From NCBI GenBank assembly GCA_036000665.1, contig DASYUZ010000112.1, positions 19,442-83,441 on the forward strand: 64,000 bases of DNA. The letters are read 5' to 3'. Shown in pieces: positions 1 through 8,797 of the stretch. Origin of the DNA: Gaiellaceae bacterium (lineage in GTDB: Bacteria > Actinomycetota > Thermoleophilia > Gaiellales > Gaiellaceae). Position 1 is the stretch's first letter, and each line of letters starts with the position of its first letter. Position numbers and translations under genes: made by a program. Below the pieces are notes generated by a model. That model was given only the letters and a program-made list of their open reading frames with translations, was not told the origin of the DNA and did not search any database.

Positions 1-34
1 CGATGCAGCCGCCAAGGGGGAGGTGAGCGCGTGA
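1..34 (+). CDS. 3' end of an upstream CDS (partial), possibly another Mo-hydroxylase subunit
   Basis: The frame is open from the window edge (..DAAAKGEVSA) to TGA 32-34. The stop overlaps the next GTG in a GTGA junction. Identity is a contextual guess. Confidence 0.3.
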   Translation, partial: DAAAKGEVSA

Positions 35-2517
35 GCGAGACGACCGTCGCCCCGGAGCGTCCCGTCACCGTCGAAGCGGACGAGACGAAGCCCGGCTTCA
101 TCGGCGTCAACGTGCCGCGCAAGGAGGACAAGCGCCTCGTCCAGGGCGAAGGCGTCTTCGTGGACGACGTCAAGCGGCACGCGATGGCGTACGTCCACTT
201 CGTGCGCTCGCCGTACGCGCACGCGGCGATCACGTCGATCGACGTCTCGAAGGCGATGGAGCTCGAAGGCGTGTACGGCACGCTGATCGGCGAGGAAGTG
301 GCGGCGCAGACCGACGCGTTCTTCCAGATCGCGCCGCCGCCGGGAGGCCTCGTCAAGGACTACGCGCTCGCGGTCGGGCGCGTGCGCCACGTCGGCGAGC
401 CGGTCGTCGCTGTCGCGGCCGCCACGCGCGAGCTCGCGCGAGACGCAGCCGATCTCGTCGAGGTCGAGTACGAGCCGCTGCCTGCTGTCGTGGACATGGA
501 GCGCGCGACGGATCCGGAGATGCCCGTCCTGCACGACGACGTCGGCTCGAACGTGATCTGGCACGGCGAGTTCGACTGGGGCGACTTCGACGCCGCGCTT
601 GCGGAGGCCGACAAGGTCGTGAAGATCGACCGGCTGCACTTCCACCGCTTCTCGTCGACTCCGCTCGAGACCAGCGGTGCGCTCGTCGAGTACAACCGCG
701 GCACCGGGCAGTGGACGATCCACTCGAACAACCAGTTCCCCGGCTTCGCGATCATCATGATGGGCCCCGCGCTCCGCGTCGGGATGGACAAGCTCCGCTT
801 CGTCTCGCAGGACATCGGCGGCGGTTTCGGCAACAAGATCTGCACTCACGTCCAGCTCGTCGCGCTGTGCCTGCTCGCGCGCAAGCTCAAGCGCCCCGTC
901 AACTGGACGGAATGGCGCACCGACCAGCACACGGGCAACTCGCACGGGAACGAGCGCGTATTCCTCGACGTCGAGGTCCCCGTCAAGGCCGACGGCACGA
1001 TGCTCGGTTTCCGCGCGCGCATGATCGACGACTGCGGCGCATACACGCGCTACGAGCCGCTCGGCTGCATCATCTGGGCGCAGGTGACCCCCGGCGCGTA
1101 CCGCTGGCGGAACGTGCACGTCGACTTCACCCAGGTGTGCACGAACAAGTCGCCCTGCGGGCCGAACCGCGGCTACTCGCGCATGCAGCACCTGTGGTTC
1201 ACCGAGCGCGTGATCGACATCGTCGCGCACGAGCTCGACCTCGACCCCGTCGAGATCCGCAAGCGGAACTACATCCGCGCGGACGAGATGCCCTACGAGA
1301 CGCCCAACGGGTGCGTCTACGACTCCGGCGACTACGCGCGCTGCCTCGAGGAGGCCCTGAAGCTCGTCGACTACGAGGGCATCGAACAGCGTCGCCGCGA
1401 TGCCGAAGCGCGCGGGAAGCTCCTCGGCGTCGGCATCGGCTCGACGCTCGACTCCGGGACGAACAACTTCGGCCAGGCCACGCTCGTCAATCCCGAGCTG
1501 CAGTTCTCCGGCAACAACGAGGTCGCGACGGTGAAGCTGGACATCTTCGGCGAGATCGTCGTCACCCTCGGAACGACGCCGCAGGGTCAGAGCCACGAGA
1601 CGACCGCCGCCCAGGTGGTGGCCGAGATGCTCGGCGTCACGCCCGACGACGTGAACGTGCGCGCCGGCCACGACAGCTACTGGAACTCGCACGCGGGGTT
1701 CTCCGGCACGTACGCGAGCCAGTTCGCCGTCACGGGGCTCGGCGCAGTCAGAGGCGCGACCGCGATGCTCGTCGACCAGATCGAGCGGATCGGCGCGGCG
1801 GTGCTCGGCGCGGACTCGACCGACGACGTGTTCCTCGAGGGAGGCTTCGTCAAGCGCAAGGACAACCCCGAGGCGGCGCTGCCGTTCATGGCCTGCGGCG
1901 CGATCGTGAACGCGAACAACGCGGTCCTGCCGCTGGAGGCCCGCGACATCACGCTCAACTGCCGCTACGTGTACGTGCCTCCGCACCAGCTGCCGGACAA
2001 AGAGCGGAAGTACGGAAACCTGACGCTCACGTACGCGACGCAGATCCATGCTTGCGTCGTCGAGGTCGATCCCGAGACGGGCGCGTACGAGATCGTCGAT
2101 TACGGCGCCGTCGACGACTGCGGCGTGCGGATCAACCCGCAAATCGTGGAGGGCCAGGTGCACGGAGCGACTGCGCAGGCGCTCGGTGCGGCGACGCACG
2201 AGGTCTTCACCTACGACGACGACGGGAACCTGCTGACGCCGAACTTCTACGACTACCACGTGCCGCACGCGCTCGACATGCCGCCTCTGAAGACGGGCTA
2301 CATCGAGTCGCCGTCGCCGTTCACGCCGCTCGGTGCGAAGGGCATGGGCGAGGGCGGCGGCGCCGGTCTCTCGGCCGTGTGCTCCGCGCTCCAGGACGCA
2401 CTCAAGGCGCGCGGCGGCGCGATCGTGTGGGACAGCTGCAACCCGCCGCACCGGGTCTGGGAGATGCTGCGCGATCCCGAGCGGAGCCGTGCGAACGTGC
2501 GCGTGGAGGACGCGTGA
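31..2517 (+). CDS. Molybdopterin-binding large subunit of a xanthine-dehydrogenase/CoxL-family hydroxylase, unknown substrate
   Basis: 828-aa ORF with GGGGGAGG 7 nt upstream of GTG 31. It has the family-typical N-terminus (VPRKEDKRLVQGEGVFVDD) and a C-terminal GAKGMGEGG motif. The loop after TNKSP reads CGPNRGYSR. Confidence 0.85.
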   Translation: MSETTVAPERPVTVEADETKPGFIGVNVPRKEDKRLVQGEGVFVDDVKRHAMAYVHFVRSPYAHAAITSIDVSKAMELEGVYGTLIGEEVAAQTDAFFQIAPPPGGLVKDYALAVGRVRHVGEPVVAVAAATRELARDAADLVEVEYEPLPAVVDMERATDPEMPVLHDDVGSNVIWHGEFDWGDFDAALAEADKVVKIDRLHFHRFSSTPLETSGALVEYNRGTGQWTIHSNNQFPGFAIIMMGPALRVGMDKLRFVSQDIGGGFGNKICTHVQLVALCLLARKLKRPVNWTEWRTDQHTGNSHGNERVFLDVEVPVKADGTMLGFRARMIDDCGAYTRYEPLGCIIWAQVTPGAYRWRNVHVDFTQVCTNKSPCGPNRGYSRMQHLWFTERVIDIVAHELDLDPVEIRKRNYIRADEMPYETPNGCVYDSGDYARCLEEALKLVDYEGIEQRRRDAEARGKLLGVGIGSTLDSGTNNFGQATLVNPELQFSGNNEVATVKLDIFGEIVVTLGTTPQGQSHETTAAQVVAEMLGVTPDDVNVRAGHDSYWNSHAGFSGTYASQFAVTGLGAVRGATAMLVDQIERIGAAVLGADSTDDVFLEGGFVKRKDNPEAALPFMACGAIVNANNAVLPLEARDITLNCRYVYVPPHQLPDKERKYGNLTLTYATQIHACVVEVDPETGAYEIVDYGAVDDCGVRINPQIVEGQVHGATAQALGAATHEVFTYDDDGNLLTPNFYDYHVPHALDMPPLKTGYIESPSPFTPLGAKGMGEGGGAGLSAVCSALQDALKARGGAIVWDSCNPPHRVWEMLRDPERSRANVRVEDA

Positions 2518-2966
2518 AGGTCGCGGGCGACCGCTCCTTCGCCGCGCCTAGGGAGACGGTCTGGACGGTGCTCAACGACCCCGCGCAGATGGCCAAGCTG
2601 ATGCCGGGCGTCGAGAGCTTCGACGTCCACGACGAGCATCACTGGCGGGCAAACGTGAAGATCCCGCTCGGCCTCGGCGGGCTGCGCCTCAGCATCGATT
2701 TCGAAAAGACGGATGAGCGCCACCCCGAGTTCGCCCGGCTCCACGCGAAGGGGAACGGCGTCGGGGCGATCCTGAACATGGACACGCAGTTCGCGCTCGC
2801 CGAGCAAGGAAGCGGGACGACGATGCACTGGGAAGCCGACGTGCGCATCGCCGGCCCGGTCGGCTCGATGGGCCAGCGGGTGCTCCAGCCGATCGTCAAT
2901 CAACAGGTGCAGAACGTTCTCAGCGCGCTCGATCGGCAAGTCGCGGCAGCGGAGACGCCGCCCTAG
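2514..2966 (+). CDS. CoxG/SRPBCC-family protein
   Basis: GTG 2514 overlaps the coxL-like stop (GTGA). The 150-aa product reads VKVAGDRSFAAPRETVWTVLNDPAQMAKLMPGVESF, typical of CoxG-like SRPBCC proteins. Confidence 0.75.
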   Translation: MKVAGDRSFAAPRETVWTVLNDPAQMAKLMPGVESFDVHDEHHWRANVKIPLGLGGLRLSIDFEKTDERHPEFARLHAKGNGVGAILNMDTQFALAEQGSGTTMHWEADVRIAGPVGSMGQRVLQPIVNQQVQNVLSALDRQVAAAETPP

Positions 2967-2975
2967 CCGACATCC

Positions 2976-4007
2976 GTGCCTCCGCCGTTTCGGATCGGGG
3001 TGATGCAGCTGACGATGGAGCCGCTCGACGAGATGATGGATTCCGCGCGCGTGATGGACGAGGCGGGGATCGACACCGTCTGGCTCGCGGAGGCGTATCC
3101 CTGGTGGCGCAAGCACGGCATGGAAGCGCGATCGTCCACCGTCGTGTCGGCGTTGCTCGCACAGGCGACCGAGCGGTTGACGATCGGATGGGGGATCATC
3201 TCGCCCTTCACGCGACACCCGGTCCAGGTTGCAATGGACGCACGTGTCGTGCAGGAGGCGGCGGGCCCCGACCGCTTTCTGCTCGGCTTCGGGACCTCGA
3301 AGATCTTCCTCAACAACGCGCGGATGCAGACGAACAAGACGCTCGGGCCAATGCGTGACGCGGTCGCGATCGTACGCGGCGTGCTCGGCGGAGAGGCGTT
3401 CGAGTACGAGGGCGAGCGCTGGAGCGCCTCCGTCCCCCCGCTCGCAGGTGACGCCCAGACGCCGCGCGGTGCGCCGCCCGTCTACATCGCCGCAACGGCA
3501 CCGAAGATGCAGGCGCTCGCCGGCGAGATCGCGGACGGCTGCCTGACGCCGTCGATCACGACGCCGGCCTTCGTCCGGTATACCCGCGAGAACGTGAACG
3601 CCGACATCGACATCGGCTGCACGGTCGTCGCGTCGATCCACGAGGACGACCGCGATGCCGGACGCGACGGCGCCCGGGAGATTGCGGGCATGTACCTCGC
3701 CAACAAGGTGCAGAACATCCAGGGTGCCGCGGACACGCTGCTCGAGCTCGCCGGGATCGAGCAGGAGGAAATCCGGCCGGTCGCGGACGCGATGGAGCGC
3801 GGCGGACGGCTTGCCGCCAAGGAGCAGGTGAGCGACGCGCTCCTAAATAAATGTAAGCCGATCGCCGGCACGCCCTCGGACTGCATCGCGGCGATCGAGG
3901 AGTACCGCGACGGGGGCTGCACGCACGTCATGCTCGAGCTCTGGGGCGACCGCCGTCACGAGCAGCTGCGCCTCTTCGGCGAGCGCGTGTTGCCGCAGTT
4001 TCGATGA
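2976..4007 (+). CDS. LLM-class (luciferase-like) flavin/F420-dependent oxidoreductase
   Basis: 343-aa ORF resembling luciferase-like monooxygenase / methylene-H4MPT reductase proteins (GIDTVWLAEAY, LGFGTS). Confidence 0.8.
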   Translation: MPPPFRIGVMQLTMEPLDEMMDSARVMDEAGIDTVWLAEAYPWWRKHGMEARSSTVVSALLAQATERLTIGWGIISPFTRHPVQVAMDARVVQEAAGPDRFLLGFGTSKIFLNNARMQTNKTLGPMRDAVAIVRGVLGGEAFEYEGERWSASVPPLAGDAQTPRGAPPVYIAATAPKMQALAGEIADGCLTPSITTPAFVRYTRENVNADIDIGCTVVASIHEDDRDAGRDGAREIAGMYLANKVQNIQGAADTLLELAGIEQEEIRPVADAMERGGRLAAKEQVSDALLNKCKPIAGTPSDCIAAIEEYRDGGCTHVMLELWGDRRHEQLRLFGERVLPQFR

Positions 4008-5197
4008 TCGACGAGCGACGCCTCGTCGACTTGGCGCTCCGGCTCGTCTCGACGCCGTCGTTCACCGGATCCGAGGACGCGGCCGCGGAGCTGATGCGGG
4101 ACGAGCTCTCCGGGCTCGGCCTCCAGGTGCAATGGCAGCAGGTCGAGGAGGGGCGCGCCAACGTGCTCGGCACGTGGCAGGGCACGGGCGGCGGGCCGAC
4201 GCTGATGTTCAACGGCCACCTCGACACGTCGTACTCGGGCCGCGAGCCCTGGCTGCAGGGCATCCCCGGCTTCCAGCCGCAGGGCTTCGAGCGGGACGGG
4301 CGCATCTACGGCCTCGGCATCTCGAACATGAAGGGCGCGGTCGCGTGCTACGTCGAGGCGGTGCGCGCGCTGCAGGAAGCCGGCGTGCGCCTGCGCGGCG
4401 ACGTCCTCATCGCCGCGGTCGCGGGCGAGATCGAGAAGACGCAGCAGGGCGACGCCCAGGGCGCCGAGTACCGTGGCTACGCGGCCGGCTCTCGCCACCT
4501 CGTCACGCACGGGGGCGTCGCCGACATGTGCGTGCTCGGCGAGCCGACCGAGAACAAGCTGGTGCTCGCGCACTTCGGAACGATCTGGATGCGGCTCTCG
4601 ACGCACGGGCCGTTCATCCACACCGCCTTCAGCTCCGGCCGCCTGGACGAGAACTCGATCGTGCGCATGCGCGAGGTGCTCGACCGCGTGCTCGAATGGC
4701 TGCCCGCGTGGGAGGAGGAGATGAGCTACGACGGTGTCCGCGGGGTGGCGAGCGTCGGCGCCGTGCAAGGCGGGTTCGGCTGGCGCGTCTCTCGCACGCC
4801 GCACGTCACCGATCTCTTCCTCGACCTGCGCGTCCCGCCGTCCGTGCCGATGTCCGCGGCGCGACGGAAAGCGCTCGAGTTCGCGCGCGGGCTCGACGGC
4901 GTCGAAGCCGAGATCTACGTCACCGCGCCGGGCGCGGAGATCGACGAGGGTCATCCGCTCGTCGGCGCGCTCGAGCAGGCGCACGAGGAGGTCTTCGGCG
5001 CCCCGGCCGAGCGCGACGTCACCCGCTGGTTCTCCGACGCGTCCGTGCTCAGCCGCTACGGGATCGCGACGGTGAACTACGGCACCTCGAGCGGCCTCCC
5101 CGACGCAGAGCTGGGCGAGAACCTCGCGATCGACGGGCTCGTGAAGACGGCCGAGGTCTATGCGCGCACAGCGATGAAAGTCTGCGGGGTCGCGTGA
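4004..5197 (+). CDS. M20-family metallohydrolase (ArgE/DapE/acylase-like)
   Basis: 397-aa ORF with an ATGA overlap with the upstream gene. Motifs NGHLDTS and GISNMKG are typical of M20 deacylases. Confidence 0.8.
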   Translation: MIDERRLVDLALRLVSTPSFTGSEDAAAELMRDELSGLGLQVQWQQVEEGRANVLGTWQGTGGGPTLMFNGHLDTSYSGREPWLQGIPGFQPQGFERDGRIYGLGISNMKGAVACYVEAVRALQEAGVRLRGDVLIAAVAGEIEKTQQGDAQGAEYRGYAAGSRHLVTHGGVADMCVLGEPTENKLVLAHFGTIWMRLSTHGPFIHTAFSSGRLDENSIVRMREVLDRVLEWLPAWEEEMSYDGVRGVASVGAVQGGFGWRVSRTPHVTDLFLDLRVPPSVPMSAARRKALEFARGLDGVEAEIYVTAPGAEIDEGHPLVGALEQAHEEVFGAPAERDVTRWFSDASVLSRYGIATVNYGTSSGLPDAELGENLAIDGLVKTAEVYARTAMKVCGVA

Positions 5198-6060
5198 AGC
5201 TCGTCACCTTCGACGGCGGCAAGGTCGGGCGTGTTGACGACGGGGAAATCGTCCGCCTCGACGTTCCCGACATGCGCACGTACTTCGAGCACGGTGGCGC
5301 CAACGACACCGGCGAGCGCACGGAGCTCGCGAGCGCGAACCTGGAGGCGCCGATTGTGCCGCGCAAGTTCTTCCATACCGCCGGCAACTTCCGCGAGCAC
5401 GAGGACGAGTCGAAGCGGGTCGGCTGGTCGCACGAGATCGCCCCCTGGATCGTCTTCTTCCAGAACGTCGACGCGATCGTCGGGCCCGACGACCCCATCG
5501 TCTACCCCGAGCACCTGACCGAGGAGCTGGACTACGAGCTCGAGCTCGCGGTCGTCGTCCGCAAGCCGGGAAAGTGGTTCTCACCCGACGAGGCGATGGA
5601 CTACGTCGGCGGCTACGTGATCTTCAACGACATCACCGCCCGCGACATCCAGCGGCGAGAGATGCGCTCGGGCGTCTTCTCGTTCTGCAAGGCGATCGAC
5701 ACCTTCTGCCCGCTCGGCCCGTGGATCGTGACTCCCGACGAGATCCCCGACCCGCACGACCTCGCGATGGAGCTGCGCGTGAACGGCGAGCGCCGCCAGA
5801 CCTCGCACTCGAGCCGGATGTCGACGACGATCGCGGAGATCCTTTCGCACTACTCGCCACTCGGGTACAGCGCCGGCGACGTCGTCTCGACCGGAACCGT
5901 TTCGGGCGTCGCGGGCTTCTCGGAAGACGCGGCCTCGCTGTACCTGAAGCCCGGCGACGTGATCGAGGCCGAGATCGAGCGCGTCGGCGTGCTGCGCAAC
6001 CCGGTCGTCTCGTGGCGGGACGCGCACGGCGAGCCGGCGCCGCCGCGGGTTCGCTGGTAG
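5194..6060 (+). CDS. Fumarylacetoacetate hydrolase (FAH) family protein
   Basis: GTG 5194 lies in a GTGA overlap. The FAH-fold hallmarks YELELAVVV, FNDITARD and STGTVSGV are present. Confidence 0.85.
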   Translation: MKLVTFDGGKVGRVDDGEIVRLDVPDMRTYFEHGGANDTGERTELASANLEAPIVPRKFFHTAGNFREHEDESKRVGWSHEIAPWIVFFQNVDAIVGPDDPIVYPEHLTEELDYELELAVVVRKPGKWFSPDEAMDYVGGYVIFNDITARDIQRREMRSGVFSFCKAIDTFCPLGPWIVTPDEIPDPHDLAMELRVNGERRQTSHSSRMSTTIAEILSHYSPLGYSAGDVVSTGTVSGVAGFSEDAASLYLKPGDVIEAEIERVGVLRNPVVSWRDAHGEPAPPRVRW

Positions 6061-7215
6061 ATGGCCTGGCCGCGCGACGACGCGAAGCTCGAGCGCGTAC
6101 GCGCGCTCGTCGCGGAGCAGGGGCTGGATGCGCTCGTCGTGCGCGCGCCTGACAACGTCCTCTACCTGACGAACTTCTGGGGCATGAAGGGCTACGACGC
6201 CGCCGTGTTTCCGGCGGAGGGCGAGCCGACACTGATCTGCCTCGAGGCCTCGGCAGACGACGCTACGCGCACGGCGTGGACGGACGATGTGCGCTACCTG
6301 CGTGGCTACGACGAGCGCGACCCGCGGCCGCCCACGGCACGCACGCTGGAGCTGGCGCAGGATGCGGCGAAGCCGTACGCGCGTGTCGGCCTCGAGCTGT
6401 CGCTCGGCACGCAGGCGGCGGACCGCATGGTCGGCGAGCCGACGACGTACACGCGCGCCTGGTTCGACGCGTGGCCGGACGCGGCCGACGCGACGCCGCT
6501 GCTCGCGAGGGCGCGCGCCGTGAAGACGGACCAGGAGCTCGAGCGGATGCAGCTCGCGAACGACATCGCAGCGGCGGCGATGGAGCACGTGCGCGACCAG
6601 CTCGAGCCGGGCATGAAGGAAAGCGAGGCAGGTGCGCTCTGGAACGGCTTCGTGCACGGGGAAGGCACGGGTTGGAAGGGGCAGGTCGAGCTGGCGCACG
6701 GCTTCTCGCTCGTCTGGTCCGGCCCCGGCATCCGCACGTTCACGGCGACTGCGGACCGGCCGGTGCAGGCAAACGAGCCAACGTTGTTCGAGATCTGGGT
6801 TTGCGCGGACGGCTACTGGTGCGACCACACGAAGAACCTCTGCCCGGGTGAGCTGACGCCCGAGTACGAGCGGCTGCTTGACGCGCTCACCCGCGTCTAC
6901 GAACAGGCCGTCGACCACTGTCGCCCCGGCGCGAGCCTCGCTGAGCTCGACGTGCTCGTTCGAAAGGGGATCGCGGAGGCCGGCTATCCCGGGCAGCCGT
7001 CGCACCCGATCGCGCACGGCGTCGGCGCGCGCGCGCACGAGCCGCCCTACGCGCATCAGGCCGGCGGCGGAACGATCGAGGAGGGAATGGTGCTCGCGAT
7101 CGAGCCCGGGGCGTACTGGGAGGGCGGCGGCGGCCTGCGCCTCGAGGACAACTTCCTGATTACCGCCGAGGGCGCAAAGAAGCTGTCGCCGTTCCCGGAC
7201 GGGGTCGTGCGGTGA
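6061..7215 (+). CDS. M24-family metallopeptidase (Xaa-Pro peptidase/creatinase fold)
   Basis: 384-aa ORF whose ATG immediately follows the upstream TAG. The pita-bread ligand pattern is visible (GYWCDHTK, AHGVG, AIEPG, LRLED). Confidence 0.8.
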   Translation: MAWPRDDAKLERVRALVAEQGLDALVVRAPDNVLYLTNFWGMKGYDAAVFPAEGEPTLICLEASADDATRTAWTDDVRYLRGYDERDPRPPTARTLELAQDAAKPYARVGLELSLGTQAADRMVGEPTTYTRAWFDAWPDAADATPLLARARAVKTDQELERMQLANDIAAAAMEHVRDQLEPGMKESEAGALWNGFVHGEGTGWKGQVELAHGFSLVWSGPGIRTFTATADRPVQANEPTLFEIWVCADGYWCDHTKNLCPGELTPEYERLLDALTRVYEQAVDHCRPGASLAELDVLVRKGIAEAGYPGQPSHPIAHGVGARAHEPPYAHQAGGGTIEEGMVLAIEPGAYWEGGGGLRLEDNFLITAEGAKKLSPFPDGVVR

Positions 7216-8369
7216 TCTGGACCGGCGAGATCAACCGCCCGCACGAGCTCGGCGGGCGCGTCGGGCTCTACGACACGACGCTGCGCGACGGCGAGCAGAC
7301 GGTCGGCGTCGTGCTCGACCCCGAGCAGAAGCTCGAGCTCGCGCGCGCACTCGACACGCTCGGCATCGACCGGATCGAGGCGGGCTTCGCGCGCGTCTCG
7401 GACGATGATCGCCACGCGATCGAGCTGATCGCCGCCGCGGGCCTCTCGGCCGAGATCTGGGGCTTCTCCCGGGCGGTGCAGGCGGACGTCGAGCAGCTCG
7501 TCGGGCTCGGCGTGAACGCCGCGGTGATCGAGAGTCCCGTCTCCGATCTCAAGCTCGAGGCGTACGGGATCAGCCGCGAGACGATGCTGGAGCGGATGCG
7601 CGCCGCCGTCTCGTTTGCCGTCGAGCGCGGCGTCCGCGTCGGCTACTTCGGCGTCGACGGCACGCGCGCGCAGGACGACTTCCTGCGCATGGCCTACGAG
7701 ACCGCCGCCGAAGCAGGGGCGCAGGAGGCGGTCGTCGTCGACACGCTCGGGATCGCGTCGCCCGAGGCGGCGGGCGAGCTCGTCGGCAAGGTCGCGTCCT
7801 GGCTCCCCGGCGTCCCGCTGCACTGGCACGGCCACAACGACTTCGGGCTCGCCACGGCTGCGGCCGTCGCGGCGGTGCGCGCGGGCGCCGCCTGGGTCCA
7901 CGGGACGATCAACGGGATGGGCGAGCGCGCGGGGAACGCGAACCTGCTTGAGGTCGCGCTCGCGCTGCGCGCGCTCTACGGCGTGGAGTCGAACCTCAAG
8001 CTCGACCGTGCCCGCGAGGTCGGCGAGCTCGTGCGTACCGCCTCCGGCTACGACCTCGAGCCGTTCAAGCCGCTCGTGGGCGAGAACCTCTTCAGGCGTG
8101 AGAGCGGCGCGGTCGCGAGCCAGTTCCACGACCCGCCGTCGATCGAGCCGTACTCGTCCGAGCTCGTGGGCGCCGAGCGGTCGATCGTGCTCGGCAAGAA
8201 GAGCGGCATCGACTCGATTCGGATCAAGTGCGAGGAGCTCAATCTCGACCTCTCCGACGAGGCGCAGCGCGAGCTGCTCGACGCGGTCAAGCTCCTCGGC
8301 ACCCGGAAGCGCGGCCTCGTCAGCGACGAGGAGTTCCTGCAGCTCGTTCCCGAAGGAGGCAGCACGTGA
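7212..8369 (+). CDS. DRE-TIM metallolyase (HMGL-like; homocitrate/citramalate/isopropylmalate synthase family)
   Basis: GTGA overlap. Motifs [24 protein letters not shown] and GMGERAGNA are present. Confidence 0.8.
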   Translation: MIWTGEINRPHELGGRVGLYDTTLRDGEQTVGVVLDPEQKLELARALDTLGIDRIEAGFARVSDDDRHAIELIAAAGLSAEIWGFSRAVQADVEQLVGLGVNAAVIESPVSDLKLEAYGISRETMLERMRAAVSFAVERGVRVGYFGVDGTRAQDDFLRMAYETAAEAGAQEAVVVDTLGIASPEAAGELVGKVASWLPGVPLHWHGHNDFGLATAAAVAAVRAGAAWVHGTINGMGERAGNANLLEVALALRALYGVESNLKLDRAREVGELVRTASGYDLEPFKPLVGENLFRRESGAVASQFHDPPSIEPYSSELVGAERSIVLGKKSGIDSIRIKCEELNLDLSDEAQRELLDAVKLLGTRKRGLVSDEEFLQLVPEGGST

Positions 8370-8770
8370 GCCATCACCGTGAGCTACTCAACCCGCCCGA
8401 CCTGCATCCGGCCCCCGGCTTCAGCCACGTCGCCGTCGCGCGCGGCGACCGCAGCGTTCACTTCGCGGGCCAGCTCGGCATCGGGCAGGACTTCTCGCTC
8501 CTCGCCGAGGACCTCCACGGACAGACGGTCGGGGCGATGCGGAACCTGAAAGCGGCGATGGATGCCGCCGGGGTCGGCTGGGACGACATCGTCCGGCGGA
8601 CGATCTACACGACGCAACCGACCGAGTACGAGACGATCACGCGCGCGATCGACGAAGTGACGGGCGGCGCCGCGCATCCGGCGCAGACGATCGTGGGGAT
8701 CACGGGCCTTGCTGTCCCCGGCTGCCTGATCGAGATCGAGTGCACCGCGGTGGTGGCGGAAGAAAGGTAG
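8366..8770 (+). CDS. RidA/YjgF-family enamine/imine deaminase
   Basis: GTG 8366 lies in a GTGA overlap. The 134-aa product has a RidA-like pattern (FSHVAV..VHFAGQLG, IEIECTAV). Confidence 0.8.
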   Translation: MSHHRELLNPPDLHPAPGFSHVAVARGDRSVHFAGQLGIGQDFSLLAEDLHGQTVGAMRNLKAAMDAAGVGWDDIVRRTIYTTQPTEYETITRAIDEVTGGAAHPAQTIVGITGLAVPGCLIEIECTAVVAEER

Positions 8771-8797
8771 GAGCGTGGATCAGATGGCTCGGCAGGC

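Noticed and set aside
711-2966. 751-aa plus-strand ORF overlapping the coxL-like gene out of frame. Similar composite ORFs occur at 4132..6060, 12450..14843, 16194..17690, 16754..18781, 41817..43001 and 45863..48085.
   Set aside because: Only the 3' portions are real genes: coxG, FAH, livF-like, panE-like, M24-like, cdd and the short ALDH. The 5' extensions are off-frame read-through of the preceding gene, and the internal GTG/ATG starts sit in 4-nt overlaps.
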